This document shows, in pieces, positions 24,881 to 34,983 of a stretch of DNA of 63,713 nucleotides. How positions within the stretch are numbered: position 1 is the stretch's first letter; every line of letters begins with the position of its first letter. The DNA comes from Lama glama. Its lineage: Eukaryota. The notes under the pieces were generated by a model. It made no database searches. It was not told the origin of the DNA and saw nothing but the letters and a program-made list of their open reading frames with translations. The DNA lies in contig CM052817.1 of NCBI GenBank assembly GCA_028534125.1, positions 6,388,288 to 6,452,000 on the forward strand, given 5' to 3'. A program made the position numbers and the translations under genes.

Positions 24881-27254
24881 ATCAGAAAAGAAAACTTCAC
24901 ACCAGGTTGAAAGTAATTTTTCCTGTTTTTCCTAACTTACACAGAAATACCTGGTATGTACAAAAATATTTGTCTGAAACCCTTTTCATAATGTGAACAC
25001 ATCAAGCCTCCCTATCTCTCTTGACAGACTCTGAGCCTCTGACAGCAGCAGACTTACTGCGCGTAAATTTGCATCTCCCTTCTTTGACGTGTTACTTTTC
25101 CTTTGTCATCTTTCTTTGTGTGAACCTCTGGTGCTGGCCCATTTCAGAATATAAAATCCACCGTGTCTTCATAACCTATCATATGTGACTGTGCACTCTC
25201 CATCTTACAAGCATTAATCAGTCTACATTATGCTAAGATTGAGGACACTTATTTCTCAGACTCTCTGTTTTATAGCCAAAAATCCATTAGATTAGAAATA
25301 TCAGCCTTCACACAGACACATAACAGGAGGAACAGGAGACAGACACCCTGGTGGTGCTTCCCGAAGTGCACATGGATGAATGGAACGTGGGCTTTGGTGA
25401 GGTGATAACTAGATTCCAGACAAGACGTTAAGTCTCCACAAGAAGTGGGTTCAATGCAGAGGAGGGCAGAGTCCACCTTGTGGGCCAGATGCTGTCTGAT
25501 GCCTGGGGAAGCTCTGCATTGTGAATACTCTTGGACTCCAGCCTCTTTTCCTGAATTTTCTATTTTTTTACACCCTTGCAGAAGGATTTTCCACTGGTCT
25601 CATCCCCTGACTGCATACTAGCCTGGACCTTGACCTACTTTTCATTGTCAGCATCTGGTCTCATTTTTTTTAGAAATTGTGTCTTTTCTCTCCACTGAAT
25701 CATAGTAGTCACTATTTCTCCCATAATCCATACCCGCCTCAGGCCCTGATCCAAGCCATCCCCCACTCTTCAGGCAAGATTTGCAATAGTGCTGATTCGG
25801 TACAAGTCCTCTTGTCCCTTCTTGGATACAAAAACAATGGCAATGGGACAGACTTATGACAAGACTTGTTAAGGGCGTGTCACCAGGGTAAACTAAACAG
25901 GCAAAGGGGTGCTGAATGCTGTGAGTAGGGGAAGGAGTCCTTCACTGAGAACAGGCAACACTAAACATATTAGAGAAAGATAAATCAAGAGAGAAAGCGT
26001 AGAAAGACAAGTGGTTGGACATCTGAGGCCTCTCCATCTCACCCTGGGCTCTGCTCTTGTTCCATGTGCATAAACAGTGAGTTTGCCTGCAGCGTTTTAA
26101 AGGCATTGTGTGTCTGTGGCATGATGGCCATATCCAAGTAAGCTCAAGCTTGGGAAAAGCTTTCAAAAGAAAGAGTTTTCAAATATTGAAAAGGAAACAC
26201 GTTTTTGTGGCTATCTAATATTTAAAAGTCTCTTTGAGTGGGGGATTTTGTATGCTGGAGAGCCATACCTCTCAAACTATCTGAGGAGGGAACCAGTTTG
26301 GTTTTGTTATTTCTCCAGTTTGTTTTTTGCAAAATACAATAAAAGTTGGGGAATTCCTCTGATCACAAGCCTGGCTATCACAGCACTATCATATTGCTCT
26401 AAACATTTCTAAACACACTCTTCTCATTTCTGCAGGAAAGTGAGATATCACTGCTAACCAGAAACAAACGCTCCAGGGCTGGTACAGGTCCATGGAACCT
26501 CTCTGCTCTCATTTGCTGCCTGACTCTAGCCCTTACCTGCTGAGAGCTGAGGCTGCCTCCCCTCCTAACACTCATCTTGGTCACATATGCAACCTCTATC
26601 CTCTGATGAAAGGAGACCAACAAGCATGGCTGGGGGCAGTCTTCCCATTTTACAGATGGGGCTACGGAAAGTCAGAAAGGTCGAGCCATCTAGCTGACAA
26701 CCATACAGCCAGTGAGTGACAGATACAGGACTCCTCGATTCAATGCTGTCTCATGGCCCATCAAAGAAAGACGTTATTGGAAAATGCACATGTTCAGTAC
26801 TGCCTGCACTCTTCACAATACTCATGGAAGCAACAAAAGAAATTTCCAAGAAGTCCTGCAGAAAAGACACCTGATTGAATTTTGTCCCCAAGATATGTTC
26901 CCTCAGGAATCACCTAACAGTTTCCAAACTGTGGAAATGACTCTGCTACCCTGTGTGTCTGGTTGAGAAATGAACATCACTACCCCTGAAGATTTACCGG
27001 CTAGATCTAGAGATCCCCTTGCAAAGTCAAATAGACCACAGCACATTGCTTTTCGTTATTCTTACTTCTGTTACCATCATACTCAGAGACAAAATGCGTG
27101 ATCATTAGGTATTGCCCCAAATCACTTAAAAACCCCGAGTCCACAGTTCGTCAAGACTGTGAGAGTCTGGCAACCACCCACTGCTGACTAGGCTGAGGGT
27201 CCATGGGATCTTGGTGAAGCTATACACTGTCTCTGTAATCCCACTTTCCTAGAA

Positions 27255-28500
27255 GTCCCAGTCTTCTGCGGGGGAAGAGCAGACACAGCAGAGGAGCAAG
27301 CACACGATTCGATAGGCGTAGAGGAGTGCTCCAGAGACATAGGCTCAGTCAGAGCAGGTCTGTTTTGCTAACATAAAGGTCCTGGTTGGAAAAACCTGGG
27401 GCTCTGTAAACTGGAGTGGGGCATCTGGACAGATGCTTCTAAGGATCTCAGTTCTGCAGACTCACCTGGACCATCAGTGACTTCGGAGTTGATGTAGCCC
27501 TCCCTGGTAAGAATAAGCATCTCCCCTGTGCAGGAAGATCCTGCACAGGCCTTTCCCCAGCAGAGCTGTGGGGTCGCTCTGGAGCTGCCTTGGTCTGCTC
27601 TCTTTGGATGATAAGCCAATGACTATGAATAAATCCCACTCTATCAGGCTCAGCTTGGGATTTGCTGGGTCTGATAGCAATAAAAGATATTATACCCTAA
27701 AGGAGCTATGGATATCACCTAGAAAACACTGGCAGGAGCCCGGGGAGTGTCTTTGAATCTGGATTTTAAGAGTGCTTGATCAACCTGGTCGGAAGAGAAG
27801 CCGGGGCAAGAAACAACACCTTGTCTTGAAGCACTTTTTCATGACATGATATCTAACCCTTTGCTAAGACCCTCGGTGTCAGAATGTAGGGCTCCCTGAA
27901 GCCTGGAGAAGGTGACGCCCCATTCTGGATAAAGCAGCGTTTTCTGAGTTGCTGTGAGCAGCAGTAGAGGAAGGAAGAAAGAGGCTGAGAGGAGTGGGCA
28001 TAGCAAAATGACCGTGTTACATGGAGCTAGAAGATCCACCAAAGGCTCATTCACATCCATTCATCAGCACAGTCAGAACTAGGCTTGTGAGACAGGCTGT
28101 GGCATTTCTGGTAATTTCCCCTGGTGACTCTCCTGTAAAGAGCAAGGTGGGTAGTGGAAGAGTCATCACAGAGCTGGGCTTATTAATATTCATGGAGGCG
28201 ATGGAGGCCAGGTGGCAACACTTAACATTTAGTATTAGGGGCTGCAGTTCCCATTACAGCCCATGAGGGTGGAGGGAGGGATCCTGACCCGGAGTCTTAG
28301 ATACAGTTCATAAAATATTATATCCTTAGAGACAAAATAGACAGATTGGCAATGAAGGGGTTGCCTCACATCTGCTCTCAGAAGAAGATAAAAATGAAGG
28401 TGCCTAAGGCTGGGGACAGTTGCTCCAATTCAAAAAAAAAGTCATGAATCATTGCTCAGTTCTTGGACCTGAGATAATTTTCAGATCCAGAACTCCTTGC
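27255..28500 (+). pseudogene. ERV-L gag remnant (Fv1-related family)
   Basis: Motifs corresponding to ERV-L Gag KVRALVGKEWDPETW, YTPKEL and WDWILRVLDQ; broken by stops and frameshifts. Confidence 0.82.
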
Positions 28501-28634
28501 CTTTGTAGAATGGATACCACAGCACATCTCCACAGTAGACATGCCCTTAGTTCTTCCCAGAAGGAGTCTATGGCCTTTCATTTAGAATGAGAAAAAGAGA
28601 ATCCTGGTTGGCCCAGTCAGTGATATAAGTAGAC

Positions 28635-29480
28635 TCGCAACTTGGGCCATATATTCAGCAGACCCTACAGTGTTGGAGGTGTTGATAGTGGGAAAAGATG
28701 CAGTATCGAGTATGGTCATAGCAGGAGATTCAAGATGCTGACCCCTAAGGCTCTAAAGCCAGGGCATGCTATCTGCAGCAAAGAATTGTAACATAGTCAG
28801 GAAAGAACTCCTGACCTCTTACAGGATGCCAATAGAGATGGGGCACTTGATCATGGAGCACAAGTCATCACACATCCTGCCCATTATAAGCGGATTCTGT
28901 CAGCCCTGCCAATGTAAAAGTTAGACAATCCATAACTGTGGAATCTAGCAGCAGTCCAGCAGTTCATTATAAGATGAAAATGACATATCTAGGAATAAGA
29001 CCAAGCAAAATCAAATGCCATGAACAAGTTTCATGTCCAAATGTTCCAGACACATTGTTACAGAACACAGTGGCACCATTACTGCCCCCCTCTTCCAGTT
29101 CACACTTACAATTGTGTTTGTGTGTGTGTGTGTGTGTGTGTGGCAGGGAGGTACCATGTGACTACTTGAAAGGAGAGGAAAATATCCAAGCTTGGTTGAT
29201 GTGTATGTCAGCTTGGGATGTGCATGCAAATCAAAAACAGATGGTGGTTGCCTAAGAGCCACACCAAAGGGTGGCACTGAAAGGCAGTAGAGAGGAAAAT
29301 GTTTTCCAATGGATAGAAATATGAATACTGAACCTGGTTATCCTTTGTGTGCGAGGAGAAATATTTTGTGATGAGAATACATATATTCTATATATAAATT
29401 CTATATATATATATTCTATATGTTTAAAGATTTCTGGGCAGTCGCCAATTTTATCCCAGCTAGATAGAAAGCTAAAAGGA
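28635..29480 (+). pseudogene. ERV-L pol remnant (RT connection/RNase H)
   Basis: LGPY..ADPTVLEV; KELLTSYRMPIEMGHLIMEH compared with KQLLACYWALVETERLTMGH; VPCDYLKGEENIQAW compared with VPYDQLTEEEKTRAW; DFWAVAN compared with DSWAVAN. Confidence 0.85.
29119..29142. repeat. (TG)12 perfect microsatellite inside the ERV-L pol relic
   Basis: Directly visible. Confidence 0.95.
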
Positions 29481-29629
29481 AAGGCAATTGACTTGATAGA
29501 ATGTTAAAACAGCTTAGTGAAGACACAGTAGTGGCATCTGTTTGGAGACAATTCTTTGGAAGTTTGGGGTGTCCTTATTCAGAGCACAGTATTGGCATAA
29601 ATCAGAGACCTCTGTAATCAGGAGGGGAG

Positions 29630-30065
29630 GTGGGACCAAGGGAATGGAAGCAGGAGGGGTCCCACACACTGTCACCTTAGACATCGACAGGGGGACATTG
29701 TGTTCCCTTGTCCCCAAAATTCTAGGCTCTCCAGGATTAGAGTTCCTGATTTCCCAAGGAGCTATACTTTTCTATGAAACAGCAAGTGACCATTGGACCA
29801 CACGCTCTGGTGGCTGTCTGGGAACTTTAATAGCCCTTGGGTCCAAAGAGTCCTCCTGGCACGAGGATGAATCACCATCTTGCCAGTGGTAATTGATTTT
29901 GATCAGCAGGAAAAAGTGGAGTGTTTTTTCAACAATGTGTAAAGGAAGAATGTATGGAAATAAGGTGGTCAGTGGGGAGGAATCTTGGCACTCCTTGCCT
30001 CGTTGTAACTGTCAGTGGACACGTGCAGGAATCCTGGCCTGATGAATAGTATGAGTCCCAGGGGC
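29630..30065 (+). pseudogene. ERV-L integrase C-terminus/dUTPase remnant
   Basis: ORF 29542-29892 segment GMEAGGVPHTVT...VPKILGSPGLEFLISQGAIL; downstream atcaccatcttgccagtggtaattgattttgatcagcagg reads ITILPVVIDFDQQE, compared with dUTPase motif 3 VTVLAGVIDPDYQ. Confidence 0.8.
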
Positions 30066-30210
30066 TCACTTAATAGGCTACAGTATAGTGCAAACAAAAT
30101 TTTTATATGCATTGGAAAGAAAAAAAAATTGTGTGACTCACTTTATTGCAATATTTGCTTTAATGTGGTGGTCTGGAAATCAAACCCTCAATATCTTTGA
30201 GGTATGTCTG
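30066..30210 (+). mobile_element. Tigger1 (TcMar-Tigger) 3' terminal fragment with TIR
   Basis: cacttaataggctacagtatagtg...ttttatatgcattgg...gtgtgactcactttattgcaatatttgctt...gtggtctggaa...caatatctttgaggtatgtctg. Confidence 0.88.
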
Positions 30211-31928
30211 AGATATTTCAGTTTTTTTTTAAAGGCAGAAACTGTCTCTAAAGGATTTTGAAAATTCTCTAAGATGACAGAGATAGTAAATGAGAGTCCA
30301 AATATACACCTTTATTGGGTGTACCAAAAACACGCCACTGAAAGTCTGCAACTGTGACAGAGAGTGCAGCCACTCCTGCTATGGGTATAGGGGAAGTTAG
30401 AGAGGACTTCTGAGAGGAAGTGAGCTTTTGTCTCTAGTAAGCCACTACATTTTTGCAAGTACAAAAATCCAGTTTCAGTATTTTGATATCCTTTGGGGCA
30501 GAAACACTTTTGGTTATTCAACCGAGGCCATGTGTGCCTCGAGCTCCCTCCGTTCTGAATGGCTCCTTGTCCTGTGTCTGTCCATCACCCCCTGCACTTC
30601 CTGTGCCACCGCCCTTCTAAGAAGACAACAGCTGCTTGCTTTGTTCATTTCCTCGTCCATCCTCATCACTAGAGGGAAAAGAGAAAGCTACTTATTCACT
30701 AATCTGCACTTGGAAAATATATCTCATGCTGTCTCAGTAAAAGTCAGTTTGTCATCTCTGATAACTATTATGTAATTGGAAAATGACACTGAATGAGGTT
30801 CACTGTCTTCAGGGCTGCTCCCTCAGAATGCTAAGAAATATGGATATTTGGTAGACTCCAATCAATAACTTTGAAAAAGCCATCTGATCCAAACAGCTCA
30901 GTCCAATCCTGCAGCTTTGTTCCTCCAGCCTAGAACAGGCAATTCTAAAATGTTAGAGTAAGTGACAGAATAATTACTACTGCCTCTTCTCTTTCCTCTC
31001 TCTGGTACAAGTGGCACAACATAGAAATCAATTATAAGGAGAAGTGTATTTCATTTAATGACCTCCACCTAAACTTCTGGTGTGATACTAGGCTCTTTCC
31101 AAAAGCCATGCTGAGAAAATAATATTTCCTGATTTTATGAAAGCTCCTGTGATGAGTTCAAGGGTTTCAGGGTTAATCTAAAGACAGACAGGGTCACAAA
31201 AAGCAGTAACATCGCTTTTTTGGGCTGTGCCTGGACAGAGTTAGATGGGAAGAGTCCCTCCCATCAAGAGATCTTCCAGAGACAACAGCACGTAGTGTTT
31301 TGAGGGTGAGAACATCTCCTTCCAAGGGAGAAGAGCAAATCGCAGATGGAGCTTCCATGTCTAGGCGATGTCACTTGTCTTTCGGCAGCAGATGAGGCTT
31401 GTACATCAATAGCTCCTAAGAGAGGCAGCAGTTGGCATCTAGCTATAAGGCTTGTCTCATTGGTGGTTGGGTGGCAGATGTTGGGTGCAGTTTTGTGGGA
31501 AAAGTACATAGGCTCTAGATGGCTAAAATGCATTTATTCAGACTTTCTTTCCTATTTACATGTAACAGTTGTACATGTAAGATTTAGGTTAATAAACAGG
31601 GGCTGCCTTTGGCCCACTTACGTAACAGATTCAAAGTGTTTTTTTTGTTTGTTTGTTTGTTTGTTTTTTGCAAGATGGTACAGCAAGGGAAAGATAAAAC
31701 TGGAGTGTGAACCCAGATTAACGTCTGTTATTCCATCAGGCAAATAGTATATATAACACGCCTGACAATAGTACATTTGCCTGCCATGCCAATTTTGCAT
31801 TTTCAAGTATTAAAGGGACAACTTTATCTCCAAGTGCCATAAAAGAAGACAGTAAGGCAAATGTTCAAAGAGTGGTCACTCACCTTGCACTCTGAAATGT
31901 CATTGTTAAAACTCTGGATTGATGACAG

Positions 31929-32101
31929 AAAGAGAGAGAGAGAGACAGAGACAGAAAGAGAGAGCGAGCTAACAAAGAGGGGAGGATGGAAGAAAAGGAG
32001 GGAGGGAGGGTGGAAAGACGGAAAGGAAGGAGAGAAAGGGAAAGGGAAGGAAGGGAGAGATGAAGGGATGGAGGGAGGAAGGACAAAAAGGAGGAAAAAA
32101 A
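31929..32101. repeat. Polypurine low-complexity tract, (GA)n plus (GGAA/GGGA)n
   Basis: ~170 nt almost entirely A/G on the + strand. Confidence 0.9.
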
Positions 32102-32719
32102 ATAGTGACCCACAAAGTTTACCAATCTGAAACAGTATGCCATTGGAAATCAGAGGTATATTTTGAAATACATTTTTTAAACGATTTAAAAACTCATTCC
32201 ATAGAATGAATCCATTTTGTCTTACCCACACGTTCAATTTTGCCCCCTTTCTTTTGTGAGTATTTACCTTTACTTTGGCTTTCATTTGAGTATGAAGATG
32301 AAAGCAAACAAAGCCTATTTTTCCTTGTCTCTCAGAATAATAATGAAGAAATTAATCTCATCGGTAACTTTCAAAGGAAAAGGGCAAGCCCTTGGCTCTG
32401 GTAAGCGGAACTGAATTCTTAAAATAAAGGTGGTCATTAACTGTTAAATTTGACCTGCACAGATCATCATGTTTTGACCTCACATACCCTACCTTCTTCT
32501 TTCCAATGCCTGAACTTTTCTTCCTGTTCCCTCCCACATGGGTGTCACTTGGATGCAAGAATGCTCACCTCTCATAGCAGGTTACACCATTGAAAAAATA
32601 GCAAAATTTGTCCCCTCATTACCTACCAGCCTGAGAGTGTAAGTACAAAAAGGAGATCTTGAAAAAGATCAATTGGAACTGGAATCAGTAAAAGAGGTGT
32701 TTACTCCCAACTGTATAAC

Positions 32720-32855
32720 TTCTAATAGATGTTGTCCCTTCACTGAGCTTCAGTTTTCTCATCATAAACTTTGGAAGGGGATGAAACTCATTAGTATTTA
32801 AGTACCTACAAGTTGCCAAGAATGTAAAATATACCATAAACTTCATGATAACCAT
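32720..32855 (+). mobile_element. MIR SINE
   Basis: cccttcactgagcttcagttttctcatcataaa. Confidence 0.55.
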
Positions 32856-33019
32856 TGAGGATGAGGAAAACAATCAAAAAAACTCGTAAAGGAAAACTGT
32901 GTCTGTGTCTATACAGCAAGTGACAAGAGTCTGCCTTTAAATGTTTGTCCAATTGACTTCAAAGCCTGTAGTCTTTAAGACCCCACACGCTAACTTTCTT
33001 GGCTATCGACCCATGAAAG

Positions 33020-33625
33020 AAGTAGTCCTAGTGGGCATTTCAAGCCTTACAAGTCCAAAACGCAACCCCAGATTTTCCCTTCCAACACTTGCTCCAGATT
33101 TTCCCAGCTCTTCAGTTGGCACTAGCATAACCCTAGTTAATCTCAAATTCCAGAAGGCATCTTCATTTCTTTTTTCAGCATCATTTCCATCCCCTGTTTA
33201 ATCTATCAGCCGATCCTCTGGACTTGAGCTTCATAACACTGCCCGCATTGCCATGTCCTCTGTCCCTCCCTGGATGAAGCCATTCTCCAGCCTTAAAAGT
33301 ATCCTCTTACCACTCTTTTCAATGTTGCTGCAGCCTTGGACAATGATCAACGAAATCTTTTCAAAAAATTTGTATCAATCTACATCATTTCCATTTGGAA
33401 TCCTTCATTGGCTTCCAATTGTACTTTTAATAGTAAACTTGAAAATCCTTACAGCTCCCCAGAACTTTATATCTGGTTGCCTTCCTTCCAACTACTTTGT
33501 CCATCACCTTCTCACACTTCCTTTCATTGACCCAGACAAAATGGCATTTCTTTTTCTTAAACACTCCAAGGTCACTTCTTCATCACCTTTATGCCATTTT
33601 TCCTCACTTCTTTGGATAATTTTGC
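33020..33625 (+). mobile_element. L2 LINE fragment
   Basis: gggcatttcaagccttacaagtccaaaa...aatccttcattggcttccaattg...tttcttaaacactccaag. Confidence 0.7.
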
Positions 33626-33639
33626 CTATTTCATATTAT

Positions 33640-33967
33640 TCCATAGAGTATTCATATATTCTGTACACAAATCCTTTATTAGACTTGTGTGTTACAAGTA
33701 CCTTCTTTCAGTTCTGATTTGTCTTTTCCTTCTTTATGACATCTTTTAATCAAAAAAGTTTTAAATTTAATGTACTTATACTTAGCTATCTTTTGATTAA
33801 TGGTTTATGTTTTAAGAAATCTTTTTCTGTCCCAAAGTCATCAAGATAATCTCCCATACTGTCTTATAAAGTTGTGTAGCTTTTCCTTTCACATGAAAAT
33901 AATTTAACAACACGAGTTTTGAATATTGTGAAATAGAAATCCAATGTCATGTTTTCCCGTGTGGATA
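33640..33967 (-). mobile_element. Old LINE-1 (L1M) ORF2 fragment
   Basis: tcatatattctgtacacaaatcctttattag...ttttaagaaatctttttctgtcccaaagtcatcaagata. Confidence 0.75.
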
Positions 33968-34435
33968 CGGTGAACAAAGAAGACCCAAAGAGCATTGTTC
34001 ACCACTCAGTTCTACAGAGGCTAAGTTGTAACCCATTGCAGTTGCCCACTGACAGTGCAACTTGTGAGGAATTCAGGTTGATAAATAGGACAAGGCACCT
34101 GAGTTCAGATAAACTTGCCTTAGTTAGATGCACATCTCAGGAAGAATTTCAGTGATCCTAGATTTGGGCATCAAACCCACAGGAAAGCACTAAAATCATT
34201 AACTGGAGATATCTATTCTTTACAATTAGCAGTATATATGTATTTTTTACGCAGGTGTAAGCTTGGTTGCATGAATTACTAGCCAAAAAAAAAAATCATA
34301 TATAAACTGGCTTGTCCCTACCTCTTCAAAACAGTTCCATAGTGCTGAGTGCTGTCTCCTATGCTAGTCCTCAGTGAGACCTGAATAAAACTTAAACTCG
34401 CAACTCTTAACATTGTGTATTTTTCTTTGTCAACA
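33968..34435 (+). mobile_element. ERV1-type solo LTR inserted into the old L1
   Basis: Near-inverted termini (cggtgaacaaagaa ... ttctttgtcaaca), TATA-like tatataaa near 34300, AATAAA at 34385-34390, 3' CA end; flanks ggata/aaata may be a decayed TSD. Confidence 0.75.
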
Positions 34436-34449
34436 AAATACAATCTTCA

Positions 34450-34965
34450 CAGCATATGAGGTTATCTTACACAACATTCAGATAAATATATTTAGGTATT
34501 TCAATATAATCTTGTGATTTCTTCATGAAAGGCTTGTAATGTTTTATTAAATTTATTTCTAGGCACATTTTTTTCTTTCTATTATACATGATTTCTTTTT
34601 TTATTACACTTTCACTGGTTGTTGCATGTGTAGAAAAACACAATTGACACCTGAATATTGATTTTGTATCAGTATCCCTACTAAGTTGAAAAGCTTCTAA
34701 ACTCCAAATTCTCATGGTCATTTTTAAATAGATAATTTCATTATCTGGAAATAACAGCAGTTTAATTCTTATGTTCCAGTTCCTGTGTCTTTTGCTTCTA
34801 TTTCTGGACTTACTGCACTACCTTGGATTTCAAGTACAATATTGAATAGGTATATTCACAGCTTTTAAAAGATCTCTATTGTGTTCCCAACCTTAAATAA
34901 GTAAGACTTATATTTGCTATTAAATTTTATACTGTTTTTAAAAAGATGCCCTTTGGTAGGTGTGA
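34450..34965 (-). mobile_element. Old LINE-1 (L1M) continuation
   Basis: ttttattaaatttatttctagg...gaaaaacacaattgac...tattgattttgtatc...atctggaaataacagcagttt...aagtacaatattgaatag. Confidence 0.75.
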
Positions 34966-34983
34966 AAGGTCCTTTTAATTCTT

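Larger units (their letters stand above)
27255..30065 (+). mobile_element. Decayed ERV-L internal region (ERV3-16A3-like) with gag, RNase H and dUTPase remnants and large internal deletions
   Basis: Manual translation gives IKVLVGKTWGSVNW (~27374), RYYTLKELW...QEPGECL*IWILRVLDQ (~27685-27783), SADPTVLEVLIVGKDAV (~28655), EVPCDYLKGEENIQAWL (~29148), DFWAVAN (~29429) and GMEAGGVPHTVT...LVPKILGSPGLEFLISQG (~29640). These match remembered ERV-L Gag/Pol/dUTPase motifs in the expected order, with many stops and frameshifts. Confidence 0.88.

Noticed and set aside
28160..28225. ttattaatattcat / ccaggtggca as homeobox or CTCF regulatory motifs
   Set aside because: Explained as decayed ERV-L gag sequence, and the CTCF match is poor.
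31378..31395. ttcggcagca match to the U6 snRNA 5' end
   Set aside because: Only ~10 nt match and the similarity does not extend, so it is a chance hit.
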